From NCBI RefSeq assembly GCF_006345805.1, contig NC_043002.1, positions 94,922,001-94,986,000 on the forward strand: 64,000 bases of DNA. Reading direction: 5' to 3'. Shown here in pieces: positions 24,817 to 37,738 of the stretch; positions within the stretch are counted from its first letter, which is position 1, and each line of letters begins with the position of its first letter. The DNA is from Octopus sinensis. Its lineage: Eukaryota. The translations under genes were made by a program, and so were the position numbers. The notes under the pieces were generated by a model that saw only the letters and a program-made list of their open reading frames with translations, was not told the origin of the DNA and made no database searches.

Positions 24817-25031
24817 CAAAGCTGCAGAAAATATTTCAAAGCTAAGTAAAAAGTATATAGTGAAATGGTTCAAAGAGTAACATATTAAAGATTTGTTAGT
24901 TTAACCCTTTTGATACCAACCCACAAAGCTGCAGAAAATATTTCAAAGCTAAGTAAAAAGTATATAGCGAAATGGTTCAAAGAGTAACATATTAAAGATT
25001 TGTTAGTTTAACCCTTTTGATACCAACCCAC
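24817..25031. repeat. 107-bp tandem duplication that includes the MITE left terminus
   Basis: caaagctgcagaaaat...gataccaacccac at 24817 and 24924. Confidence 0.9.
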
Positions 25032-25242
25032 CTGAAACCACCTCTGGCTCTGTAGTACAAATGTCTTGTTTTCAAAAATTCCGAATTAAAATCTTCCACC
25101 AAACCTAAGTCACAATTTATGTTCCTAATACTAACTTAATGATATTTAAGTTATTTTTATAAATTCTTTGTTATATTTAAAATCAATTGAGAGAAACACG
25201 GAGTAGCTCAATAGAAATATGGTAAGAAAAAAAAAAGGTCAA
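25008..25242 (+). mobile_element. piggyBac-type MITE family G
   Basis: Starts ttaacccttttgatacc; homologous to 37510-37738 (opposite strand) and about 56237-56469. Confidence 0.72.
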
Positions 25243-25398
25243 AGTAGAGAGACTACCAAACAGCAGTACTCTGGGAAATAGTATTGCTTATAAGTAAGAG
25301 ACAGAATTGTTAGGAACTATGTATCATGTACTCAGTATAAGTAGAGGGTAAGTGTAAGATTTTGTGGTTTTACTGAATGACTGATGGGAAATTATGAC

Positions 25399-25958
25399 TT
25401 AACCCTTTATCATTCAGATTATTCTGTCAAATGTCATGCTTTTTCATTTATCATCATCATCATCTTATATCCATTTTCCATGCTGGCATGGGATGGACAT
25501 TTGACTGAAAATTAGTAAACTGCACCAAGCTCCAATCTGATTTGGCATGGTTTCTACAGTTCGGTGTTCTTTCTAATGCCAACCACTCCAAGAGTGTAGT
25601 GTGTGCTTGTTATGTTCCACAGCTGTGGGTACCAGTTATGCAGCACTGGCATTCACCACGATTACGATCTCACCTGGCTTCACAGGTCTTCTCAAGCATG
25701 GTATATCACCAAAGGTCTTGATCACTTGTCCACTGCCTTCATGAGACCCAACATTTGGTCAGTGCTTTTTATAAAATTGACCCTCTCTTAGTTTTTAATT
25801 AACCTTGCACTGTTTTATAGCTTTGGAATTAAGATAATGTAGTAGTATATTTTATAATAGCATTGAACAATAGTAATGATTGGCTGGCTGGCTGGTTAGA
25901 ACATAAAACAGGTAACTTATTTTGGCTGGATATGGCTGGTTTAAATGCTAAAGGGTTA
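25399..25958 (+). mobile_element. MITE F split by an antisense RTE 3' UTR insertion (about 25450-25770)
   Basis: MITE ends ttaaccctttatcattc and aatgctaaagggttaa flank a (cat)n-tailed RTE fragment. Confidence 0.7.
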
Positions 25959-26051
25959 AGGATATATTGTTATTAACAGAATCAACTGTGAAATGAAATT
26001 GTAGATAGTAGGTTGTTTCTATTAGGTGACATAAGTTTATCAGTGCAGTTA

Positions 26052-26271
26052 TACTCTTTTACTCTTTACTCTTTTACTTGTTTCAGTCATTTGACTGTGG
26101 CCATGCCGGAGCACCGCCTTTAGTCAAGCAAATCGACCCCAGGACTTATTCTTTGCAAGCCTAGTACTTATTCTATCGGTCTCTTTTGCCGAACCTCTAA
26201 GTCGATTTGCTTGACTAAAGGCGGTGCTCCAGCATGGCCACAGTCAAATGACTGAAACGAGTAAAAGAGTA
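26052..26271. mobile_element. Two SINE B 3' ends joined head-to-head, forming a hairpin
   Basis: 26068-26137 is the reverse complement of 26201-26271. Confidence 0.85.
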
Positions 26272-28382
26272 TGTGAAAGACAACACTTTATGTGCCATGA
26301 ACTGTTAGCAGAGAGTTCTTATTACAGAAATAAATACATATGTGGAAGCCATAGAAAAATATGCCTCAGGAAAATTTCATCTGACTCATGCAAGCCTGGA
26401 AAAGTGGATGTTAAATGATGATGTTGAGGAGGAGGAGGAGGAGGGTGATGATGGTGATGGTGTTCACAAAACAGTTTTTATTTGATGAATTTGGTTTTGG
26501 TAGATTAGTTCTTGCTTTCTTGTTTGGTTTGGCTCCGTTTACAGCTATAGAAACCAAGCCAAAAATGTAATTTCTGAATGAGATGTGATCCTCTGACCCA
26601 TCTAGGAATGTGGCAATGACCTCTCCACCTCATACCAGCTCGTAAAGTGAGTATATGATGAAAATGATGGTGATACTGACAAGTTCTTATTTGCTTTTTA
26701 TATAAGATTAATATATGCTTTTAGGTAACACTATTTTAATAGTTTACTGTGTTGTTAAGAAATTTACTTCATAACCAATTAGTTCTTGGTTTGATCCTAC
26801 TTCTCAACACCTTGATCAGCGTATGTAGCTTTGAGCTGTGGCATTTGTTCTTCTTTGGATAGGCAGGAATATATTATACAATCTCATTTCATTTCGTGAA
26901 CTTTGGTCTCTATTTCTGAAAAAAAAATTTTTTCCAAATTATGTATTTTCTTTATTGAATTGACCAAGAACTAGGTTTTCATCATATTGAAATTCTTGTA
27001 TATACTTAAGAATTACGTGTTTAAGCTTATAAAATACTGCATGGTAAAATCAAAAACTGTAAACAGTGTTTGATCAAATACCAACTTGGCCTTCAAATTT
27101 AGTCTTCTAGATTTGATTGTGGTTTTGGAAAACTTTTTATTTATAAATCATTCACCCATATTTAATTTTTCTCATCATTCATCAAAAAAATAAAACACAC
27201 AACTACTACTGCCCTGTTCAATTTGCAACTTTTCTACATTCATAATTCTTTTTTTACTATTCTTCATTGAACATTATAACTTACTTTACCTGATATTTGA
27301 AATATGGAATTTATTATGTTTATTTTTAATTGTTTTCTCTACTTCTGATAATTAATCAATCTGTGACAATTAAAAAATCCAAAATTACTGAACAAATATG
27401 ATCTAAAATATTACAACAGATTCAATTCAGAGATTGAACATTTACTAAATATAATGGAAATCTGTTTGACTGTGCAAGAAAGTATTTAATTTTAATTAAC
27501 TTTTATTTTTTTTTATTGAATGATAATTAGGATATTTCTTAAAATTGTATTTTTTTTTAATATATTGCCAGCTAAATTAGTGTATCACCTTTCTAAAATA
27601 CAGTAACTTTTTCCTTCTCCCAATACAATATTTTTTTAAAGAATATCGTTACATCAATTCAATGTCTGAAAAATACCGTATGGCTCTTGCAGCTATGACA
27701 AATTAATGTTGGAAAGATATCCCAAGAACATTCACCTCTGGTGTAATTTATATTAATTTATTCTTTCAAAAACCTCTAATTATTAAAAGGTTTATAGTTA
27801 TAATTATTACAAGAATGATTGACCAATTTAGGCATCTTTTACTATCTCTCTCTCTCTCTCCATATAGCTTTTTTTACAAATGTCAGTGGTTATAGACATC
27901 CATTCCAAAGTTTGAAGATTCATACTTTTTCTTGGAAAAGATACAGCAGTGGTTTCCTCTTACCTTTAGTTGCTTTCAAGTTTACCCTTCTAGTCTCTTG
28001 CTCTCCCAAGCTCATCTTTGAGGCACAAGTGCTTATGTAATCATTAGGCAGGTGAGCAGGGTGTGGTTCATGTTATATGAGAGCATGTTTAAATAAATAT
28101 GCTCATAGCTGGTGTGGCCTGTATCTAGGGACATTTCCTCTTCTGAGGCATGTATATCTTAACCACAGCGTCATCTTCTGCTACTTGACCCATAGCTAAG
28201 GACCTTGGCAGGTACTATCACTCCAGGCCAAAGCTGACCTGTTAGTGGTGGTGACCAGAGGTGTAACTCCATTCAAATGAGAGATTGGGATTGAATGCTT
28301 GCAACAGTAGATTTGCTGAAAACACCCAAAATGCTGGTTTGTGGTGATAAACTGGCTGGTCAACTTAAATTTACCTCCCATA

Positions 28383-28773
28383 GGTGCAGGAGCGGCTGCG
28401 TGGTAAGTAGCTGGCTTACCAACCACATGGTTCCATGTTCATTCCCACTGCGCGGCACCTTGGGCAAGTGTCTTCTACTATAGCCTCGGGCTGACCAAAT
28501 CCTTGTGAGTGGATTTGGTAGACGGAAACTGAAAGAAGCCCATCATATATATATATGTATGTGTATATGTTTATGTGTTTGCATTTGTCTCCCTAACATC
28601 GCTTGACAACCGATACTGGTGTGTTTACGTCCCTGTAACTTAGTGGTTCGGCAAAAGAGACCGATAGAATAAGTACTAGGCTTACAAAGAATAAGTCCTG
28701 GGGTCGATTTACTCGACTAAAGGCAGTGCTCCAGCATGGCCACAGTCAAATGACTGAAACAAGTAAAAGAGTA
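28383..28773 (+). mobile_element. SINE family B, full length, young
   Basis: ggtgcaggagcggctgcgtggtaag...gactgaaacaagtaaaagagt. Confidence 0.9.
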
Positions 28774-29057
28774 AATAAGCCATGATAGGATTTGAACTCA
28801 GTACGAAGAGAGTTGGAACAAATACTGCAAGATATATCTCTGGTTCTTACAGTTCCACTTATCAATCACCATCCTGGATTTATACTTTTGTTATTTATTG
28901 TGAAAGGATGAAAGGCTGGATTTAAGATTGGAGTGCAGAGAGTTGGAACACATTCTATAAAGTATTCCATTTGTTGTGCTAATGATTCTGTCAATTCACT
29001 GCCTGTAGATTAACAATGACACCGACACTGACAGTTATTATTTTAATCAGAACTAAA

Positions 29058-29475
29058 GGATCTTTTCGGTTTGAACGGCAGTTTTTAACATAATTTCTAG
29101 GTAACTAAAAAATTTTAAACTTCGTATACTGGTAGAATGTGTTTATAAAACATCTTTTTCTCTTGGCTTTATTGAGAAAATTCTATAGTTTGTAAGATAT
29201 TTGTTGTTTTTTTTTCTTCAATTTCTGCAATTTCAACCAATCACTGACGTCTATTGATGTAAAAAAACATTTTGTGCCGTATGAATACGTCCCTCGTTTA
29301 AGAAACAGATTGGGTTTATTTACATTTGTGAAGAAAAAAAGATACCCTTCTCCCCACCCTAACCCTAACCCTAAAACAGATTGAAATGCAACAGATTGAT
29401 ACTAGGGTCATAATTATGGGTGACAATTTCATATGACACTGTTAGAAAAAACTACCGTTCAAACCAAAAAGATCC
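29058..29475. mobile_element. MITE with GGATCT termini, 29-bp TIR, 8-bp TSD and internal (CCCTAA)3; Merlin-like
   Basis: TIR ggatcttttcggtttgaacggcagttttt / aaaaactaccgttcaaaccaaaaagatcc; TSD gaactaaa / gaactata. Confidence 0.82.
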
Positions 29476-29952
29476 GAACTATATTATAACATGGTATCAC
29501 ACACGCAATGCAGTATTTTTACTAATTGACCATTGAAAGATGTTTGTTTATATTTGTTCTGCTGCAAGCTGTTTTTATATTTGTGTTAACTGTACAATTA
29601 TTATTTCTCTCATTTTGACCCAAAGCACATATTTTTATATCATGATAATACAACACAACAAAATGGATTCCAGGAATACTTAAAAGATGGTTCAGAAATA
29701 TGATTCACCTATTTGATTTTTTTTCTTCTTTTCCATCTAATATTGAGTTAAAGAATCTGTGTTTTTTTATCCAATGGAACAATATGGTTACAAAGTCTAA
29801 TTGCTATTAATGGGCTGCTATAAGAAAAGCATCTTAGCTAGTATGCTGGAAGTGGTTACCTTTAGCGTTTTTAAGGTACATCCAAATAATTTCTAGTGTT
29901 TTTATTTTATGTTTTCTTAATAGTTTAAGTTTGGAGTCAGTTGTATTTATTA

Positions 29953-30420
29953 TATGGAAAATATCATGAATATTTTATGGGCAAACATCATGGGTATTTT
30001 ATGGGCAAAAATCATGGGTATTTTATGGGCAAACATCACGGGTATCCTGTGGGTAAACATCACGGGTATCCTGTGGGTAAACATCATGGGTATCCTATGG
30101 GCAAATATCGTGTGTATTCCATGGGCAAATATCGTGTGTATTCCATGGGCAAATATCGTGTGTATTCCATGGTCAAATATCATGTGTATTCCATGGGCAA
30201 ATATTGTGTGTTTTCCATGGGCAAATATCGTGTGTATTCCATGGGCAAATATCATGTGTATCTCATGGGCAAATATCGTGTGTATTCCATGGGCAAATAT
30301 CGTGTGTATTTCATGGGCAAATATCGTGTGTATTCCATGGGCTAATATTGTGTGTATTCTATGGGCTAATGTTGCAGGTATAATTTATAGGCAAAACTCA
30401 CAGGTATTCTATAGATGAAT
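29953..30420. repeat. 24-bp minisatellite (atgggcaaatatcgtgtgtattcc)n, about 18 copies
   Basis: 8-aa periodicity MGKYRVYS in the ORF track. Confidence 0.93.
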
Positions 30421-31009
30421 ATATTATCTCATAGTATTATATAGGCAAATATCACAAGTGTTATATAGACAAATACATTATAACATGGTATTATGTAGCA
30501 AATGCATTGTAACATGGTATTACATTGGCTAATATATTAGTTTTCAAACATACCCTCTGCTACAAATTTTCATTAGGAAAATGATGGACATTGTAAGAGC
30601 ATTTATGATATTTACCATAAGGTGAAGTTGCTAAGAAATACATATTGAACATATGTTATGTTAACATTGAGATCTTTCAATGGAATGAAAAATATTGTAA
30701 ATTATTTAGGATGGGGAATTTCCAGAGTTATTAAAACCTCAGTTAGAATGCCTTGTTGTATTTGTTCTGGCTCTAAGCACACTGAGTTCAAATCTCATTA
30801 AGATTAACTTTTCCTTTTCATCTTTTTAGGTTCAATAAATAAGGCTCAGGACAGTGGATTGATATAGTTGTTTGGATGTTGGATGTTGGATGAGATCCCT
30901 TATAGTAACTGTTTTGACTCTTTGTGTTTTATACAATGAAGAGATGAGATTTGCATGTGTGGGCAACTGCTAGTCTCCCACGAGAAGTAAAGAGTTCCCT
31001 GATATGTGA

Positions 31010-31365
31010 TCTCTCTTTCCCTTTCCTCTCATCCTCTTTCTTCTTCCCTCTCTCTTTCTCATTCTCTCTCTCTCACCCCCTCTCTTCCTCTTGCTCTCAT
31101 CCTCTCTCTTCTTCTCTCTTCCTCTCCCTTCCTTCTCCTCTTTCTCTTCCTCTCTCCCTACCTCCCTTCCTCTCTCTCCCTACCTCCCTTCCTCTCCTTT
31201 CCTCTCTCTCCCCCCTCTCCTTTCCTATCTCTCCCTTCCTATCTCTCCCTTCCTATCTCTCCCTTCCTACCTTTCCCTCCTATCTCTCCCTTCTATCTTT
31301 CCCTTTCTCTCTCTTTCCCTCCCTCTCTCTTCCACTCTCTCTCTTCCTCCTCCTCTTTCTCTTAT
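31010..31365. repeat. Polypyrimidine (CT-rich) low-complexity tract
   Basis: About 350 bp almost entirely C/T, with cctatctctccctt subrepeats. Confidence 0.9.
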
Positions 31366-32079
31366 TTACTTGCCTCATCAATGTAATGCACCTGTTTTTC
31401 TATAAGGCTGGTTGAATGAAATCTAGATATAGTTCTGTAATCTTAAGAACCATACACATAACCAGTTACATTAATACAATATAACAGTTGCTACCTGATC
31501 ACTCAACCTGCTAGAAATAGCACCCAAAGTTTCTAAAATCATGTTTTACTGCCTTAAAAAAATATGAATGGGCATATTAAATAAGATTATAGGAGGGACA
31601 CAGGGACTGAAAAGATGGAATGCCTTTGTTAATAGTTCTACGTGATCAAGATCTCTACAGGGTAAACAACAATAACAACAGTAGTTATTTTATTTCTCTG
31701 TTTTAAAATGAATTATTTTTGAGAATTTAGATATGCTTTTGAAATTTTTGGATATATATTACTTTATAAAGATGGCTATGCCTACCTTACGGAGACAGAC
31801 ATAACTACCTAATATAGATGTTTATGGTTGCCTTGTATAGACAAAATATCGGCCTTGAATAGATGGATTGTCTTGTACATATAAATTCATCTTTACAGTG
31901 TTAGCTTCTCTCTTCTGAATTGAGGGAAGATAATTGTTAGACTTTGAATTCATCATCATCATCGTTTTATCATTCACATTTCCATGCTTGCATGGGTCTG
32001 ACAGAGTTTACTAAGGCAGAATTTCTATGGCTACATTTCCCTTCTTGTCACCAACTCTTATCTTTTTCCGAGCAAAGTA

Positions 32080-32368
32080 TTACAGGACACCAAAAAAACG
32101 TTGAACACAATAGAAACGAAAACATAAACACAAAACCAAGGAAATGGACATTTTTCTTAAACAATGAAAGAATAGAGTACAGGACATACAACACAAGGAA
32201 AATTCCCCTTCTTCAGTCGCCTCTGTTTCATCTACTCCACGTTTTGAAGTTCAAGGCGAGATACGACTTCGTTGAAACATTCCTTCCCACGAAAAGCAAA
32301 TTAAATAAAATTTGAGATTTTTTGCGGAGGGGTAAAAATGGTAACAAAAACAGGACAGTAAAGACAAT
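32080..32368 (-). mobile_element. Non-coding element homologous to 59400-59680, carrying a permuted hammerhead-like motif
   Basis: Reverse complement aligns with the 59.4-59.7 kb element (aaattttatttaatttg...gggaagga...aacgaagtc...ctgaagaagggg); next to (TA)n. Confidence 0.75.
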
Positions 32369-32403
32369 ATATATATATGTGTATGTATGTATGTATGTAT
32401 GTA

Positions 32404-33797
32404 TACTGAACTACAAAAAAGAATGTCACACTGTAAAAGATTGTTTCACACATGATATTGAGATTATATGGATTTTATCACATTTCTAGGTAATTTGAGA
32501 TCAGCAAGACCCACAATACCACTCTCTTTTGAAAACGCAAGGATTGCATGTGGGGTTCGAACTTGCTCACTTTTCGTGAACATGGTAATGCTTGTGAATG
32601 CATCTTTATGAAAAGCATGATGCACGTACAAAGTGACTCATTGGATACAAAAGACACCCAAATTTACCAGCCTGTCATTCATTTCCTGAAAGCAGCAAGT
32701 ATGCCAAGACTGACATGAAATGAGAGGGAGGAAGCCATCAGATGTCTCCATGCTGGTCAACATCCATGGGTCATTGCTAATGATTTGAACTGCAGTATTC
32801 AGACAATTGAGCAGCTGAAGGAACAATACAATGCCAAACAGCCTGATGATCATCCACACAGTGGCCGACTGAGGGTTACAAGATCACCACCTGCACCGAC
32901 AGCACTTGCAGGACCAATTCCAGAGGGCAACGAAATCAGCTAGGAAGACCAGAAGGACTCACCACAGACCCATTTGTCCTGAGACAGTTCACTGCCAACT
33001 GTGATCTTTCAATCTGTCTTGTTCACGTCGGGCTGGGGGTTCCATCCTCACAGATCATCATTAACAGGCACATCTGCAGTGGGCTCAAAAACGTCAGAAC
33101 TGGCAATATCAGCAGTGGAGGACTGTAGTTTTCTCTGACAAAAGTCGATATTTCATTTCTGTAGCAGATGGCAGAGCTAGGGTTTGGAGAAGAAGGAGTG
33201 AACATCATGCTGAAGGCTGTGTGGTGGAGAGAGAGTCATGGGAAGGACAGAGCATCATAGTATGGGGCGGGATTGCACTCAACCTGAAACTTAGACTGGT
33301 GGTCTTCCAAAACATCAGCCAAGGCCAGGGCAGTGGAGTAACCAGTGCTTACTACATCGACCAAGTGTGGAGGCCTCACATTGTGTCATAATTTGCCCAT
33401 CATCGGAATCATGTATTCCAACATGACAACACCCATGTCCATACTGCCAGATTGACAACAGACTTCCCTCAACATTGCAACATCCAGACACTGCCATGGC
33501 CTGCCCTAAGTCCGGACTTGAACTGTATAGAGCACCTGTGGGACGAAATCCAAAGAAGGCTAAAGGACACTCGTTCAAGGCTGACAACTGCTACACAATT
33601 TACTGCAAGTTTTAACAGAGTGTGGGCTTCTACCTCCATGGCTTTCATTAATCGTCAAACATGTTTCAGGAAATGACATTTTATCATTAGGAAAGAACGG
33701 TTTCTTAATTAGCACTCTTCAATCAATGCTGTAGCAGTCTGTTAATAAACCGGTTTCTATTTAGTATGTGTGCAATGTTTCTTTTGTGGTTCAGTTT
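32404..33797 (+). mobile_element. Tc1-like DNA transposon, decayed
   Basis: Imperfect TIRs tactgaactacaaaaaagaatgtcacac / gtgcaatgtttcttttgtggttcagtt, TA-flanked. Confidence 0.82.
32701..33676 (+). pseudogene. Tc1 (DD34E-type) transposase pseudogene
   Basis: Starts MPRLT*NEREEAIRCLHAGQ; C-terminal WPALSPDLNCIEHLWDEIQRRL is the Tc1 SPDLNPIE motif; contains stops and frameshifts. Confidence 0.88.
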
Positions 33798-35244
33798 ATA
33801 TATGCAGACACGCACGCACGCACACACACACATTGCAATCTTCTTTCAGTTTCCATCTACCAAATCCCCTCAAGGCTTTGATCAGCCTAGTGCTATATAT
33901 AGTACAAGAAATTTGTGCAAGATGCCATGCAGTGGGACTGAACTCAAAGCCATGTGGTTGGGAAGCAAACTTCTTAACCACACAATCATACTTGCACCTC
34001 TAATTCATTAATGATACTATTAATTAGTATTTGAAATGTAAAGTATATCTTTTAACAGACCCACAATTTTATCTTTGCTATGAAAAGTAAATGAAGTGGG
34101 TTTTTAAAAATCTTTTTTAAATCCTGAGCAAGGAGTTTAAGCAGTGCTCGTGAGTCTTCTACAAGACCTCTGAGACTGGTGAGAAAAAAATATCCTGAAA
34201 CTGGAGACCTTACCTAAATGCTTGCAACAGAGTAAATTAACTAAAGTCACTGATAGTGTTTAATTTGGATGAAGGATTCATATTCTGTAGGATTTTATCT
34301 TTCTGTAGGCAAAGAAAAAAACCAAAAAACAACTGGGATTTATTTGACTAGCTTCTAGCCTTCTTAGTTTCATCTCAGAATATTCATATTTTGTTCTTGG
34401 AATAACTTATAGCTATTTATTGGTCATACAGATCCTGGCTTCACTAAATTAACCTAAGTTGCATGATAATGCATGTACTGACAACCTGGTGAATATTCAT
34501 CATGTACTACGTATCATTTTTTAATGGTTAATTATTTAGAAATGCTGTGTAGGCACTATAAATTAATTAATAGTAATGATTCTTTTAACCATATCATTAT
34601 TTATCATATTTACTTCTCTGACAACATCGTTTAATACTCATCAATTACCTCAGCATTTTTAGATAATTAATTATCTAAAAATATTGTACAATGCACTATG
34701 ATAAGGATTCTTCTAGCTATAACACTGCTTTATCATATCTGCTACTTCTTTTTTGTTTATCGACTTTGTTTATTGAGCAGGTTTAAAACAGATTTTCTCG
34801 TGGTCAGGATGTTGATCTCCTGTAAAGATATCAGTAGAATCCCCGCAATGATCAGCTAATTTTTTTGTATAGCTAAGCCTGTGCTGTTTACTGTGTCCTT
34901 CCCTATTTTGAGATGATAGAAATGTAATTTAAAAGACTAGGTGAGCTGATGCAATTAACATTTATTGTGTGGTTGTATTCTGTTCCTCTGAGCACAAGTA
35001 ATAACCTAAAAAGACAATACATTGAAGTAATTTCATACTTTCTCTACAAATATATGCAACAAGAGTGAACTATATTTGTTTGTGTTACAGACCATATTTG
35101 ACACCTTATAAGGTATTCCATTTTTTTGTTTTTTATGCTACCCAATGTCCCTAAAAATCAAATGGCATCTTCTAAACGTAAGATCATGGTTTGTGTAACC
35201 AGCAAGTGGTGGCTCAGGTACCTCAGTGTTAAATAAAGCAAACT

Positions 35245-35465
35245 TTAATCCTTTAGCATTCAAATTACTTTGCCATATGTAATGCTTATTTATTCACATT
35301 TAAAAAAAGTTAATCATGCATCATTTCATTACTTCAAGATTTCGATTATGTTATTTTTAGAATGACATCATAGGGTAGGTGTGAAAGCCTGGATCTGTCT
35401 GGTTTGAACATAAACAGGTAGAATATTTGGGCTGGATATGACTGGTTGAAATGTTAAAGGGTTAA
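35245..35465 (+). mobile_element. MITE family F
   Basis: ttaatcctttagcattc...aatgttaaagggttaa. Confidence 0.72.
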
Positions 35466-36136
35466 ATACCTCTTTTATAGAACTACTTCTTTGAGTTTAT
35501 AGTATTTTCTAAGATAGCAATATACATTCAATATACTTGCTTCATATAAGTATATATGTATGTAAAAACACACACGCACATTCATACATATGCATGTATA
35601 TGTGTGTATAAAATAGATGTCAAAGTGATATAAAAGCCAATAACTAATGTTTTCAATTAATTTCCCACCACCATCACCACCACCCTCTCCATTCATTCAT
35701 ACATTTCTTCAGATGTTTCTGATATAACAGTAGAATGTTATTTCCATGACCACAGAGTGTCCCTTGCATGCCAGAACTTTTAACGTAATTGTCATGCGAA
35801 TTAATAATTATGTTTATCCAAATAATGGGTGCATAAAATTAGCATAGCGAAAAATAAAAGTCAAACACTGCTTTTTAAAATAATTATTTCTTGTAACCTA
35901 ACATTCTAGAGGCTTCTGATGTACTGTTTAACTAGAAACTTTATTTAGGATTTGTAAGTTGATATTTCTGTATACACTTATGTCAAAATCTATGATATTA
36001 AATTAATTTCTAATATGCACAGCTTGAAGCATGTTGCTTACTGAACTCATTTGTATAGTCTTTCTTAAATGACTTTAATATTAAGACATTTTTTTCAACA
36101 TCAGCTTATTCAATGGTTGCTTTATATATATATAAA

Positions 36137-36363
36137 GGCGGCAAGCTGGCAGAAACGTTAGCGCGCCGGGCGAAATGCGTAGCCATATTTCATCTGTCGT
36201 TACGTTCTGAGTTCAAATTCCGCCAAGGTCGACTTTGCCTTTCATCCTCTCAGGGTCGATAAATAAAGTACCAGTTACACACTGGGTCGATGTAATCGAC
36301 TCAATCCCTTTGTCTGTCCTTGTTTGTCCCCACTATGTTTAGCCCCTTGTGGGTAGTAAAGAA

Positions 36364-36366
<3 letters not shown>
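36137..36366 (+). mobile_element. SINE family A, full length, in (TA)n
   Basis: ggcggcaagctggcagaaacgttagc...gggtagtaaagaaata. Confidence 0.9.
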
Positions 36367-36394
<28 letters not shown>

Positions 36395-37040
36395 AATGAT
36401 GATGATATCATCATCATCATTTTAACATCCAATTTTCCATGCTTGCTTGTGTTGGACAGGGTTTGTTGCCAACCCTTTTCTGTTTCCCAGTAAGATAATA
36501 TTCCCTCATGACCGAGCATATTTTCACAGAATATTTTGGAACTGAACACACCACTTGCATTACAACTTGTTTACAACTATCATATGATGTGAAAGCAAAG
36601 AGACAGTAGCGCGCACACACATACACACACACGTACACACACATATATGAATATATATGACAAGCTTCTTTCAGTTTCTGATACTAGAGCCACTCGCAAA
36701 GCTCTGGGCAACCTGGGGCTGTAAAAGAAGACACTCACTCAAGGTATCATGCAGTGGGACTGAACCCAGAACCATGTGGTTGGGAAGCAAACTTCTTACC
36801 ACATGACCATGCATATATAAATATATATATTATATTACCAAAATATTAGTGCCAAGTAGTGTTTAGGCATAAACAAAGTTTAGATTAGTTAAAATATGTT
36901 TGTGACATATTTTAACTGCTGAAAGACAAATTCACTTCAGTTATCATAGAGAATATTTTCTCTTATGGTAAGAAAAAATGTAAAAACACTCTATCTGTCT
37001 TGTGTTGCCATCGTGACATATTTTAACTAATCTAAACTTT

Positions 37041-37071
<31 letters not shown>

Positions 37072-37509
37072 GATAGACAGATACACATACACACATACAT
37101 GCACATACCACACACAATTGTATAATTTTATATTAAATAGTAAAAAGATGGATTTTGATTGCTTACACTGTTTCCAACATCAGAAATAACCACAGTTTGC
37201 AGTGAGGGTATTGAGCTGATTATCATTAAGTCAAGTGTTCAATTCCTGGATTGGGTGGTGCATTGTGTTCTTGAACAAGGAACATATTTTTTTATGCTGC
37301 TCCCAGCTGAAAATGATTACAAGTGCATGCATGGCCCTTTTTCCCTCCATTTGTCACCACTTTGAGGTTCTGCTGAGTAAAGAGGTAAAGTGGGCTAAGA
37401 GGAGCTTATGACTGCTCGCAACTACATAGGCACCTAAAACAATTTATGACAGTATGTAAATTCCATCACGTTGCTTGCTTGCATATGATGGTTATAGTTT
37501 TTTTTATTG

Positions 37510-37738
37510 TTAACCCTTTTGTTACTGTATTTATTTTGAGATGCTTTGTGCTTCTTTCAATCATTTTAAATATAACAAAGAATTTAGTAAAATAACTTAG
37601 CTATCATTAAGTTAGTGTTAGGAACATAAATTGTGACTAAATTTTGGTGGAAGATTTTAATTCAGAACTTTTGAAAACAAGACATTTGTACTACAGGGCC
37701 AGAGCCGGTTTCAGCCGGGTTGGTAACAAAAGGGTTAA
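37510..37738 (-). mobile_element. MITE family G with TIR ccttttgttac / gtaacaaaaggg and TTAA flanks
   Basis: ttaacccttttgttac...ggtaacaaaagggttaa. Confidence 0.82.

Noticed and set aside
29357-29374. Telomeric repeat as a chromosome fusion relic
   Set aside because: Only three units, and inside a TIR/TSD-bounded MITE.
30951-31415. Leu/Ser/Pro-rich ORFs
   Set aside because: CT-rich low-complexity tract.
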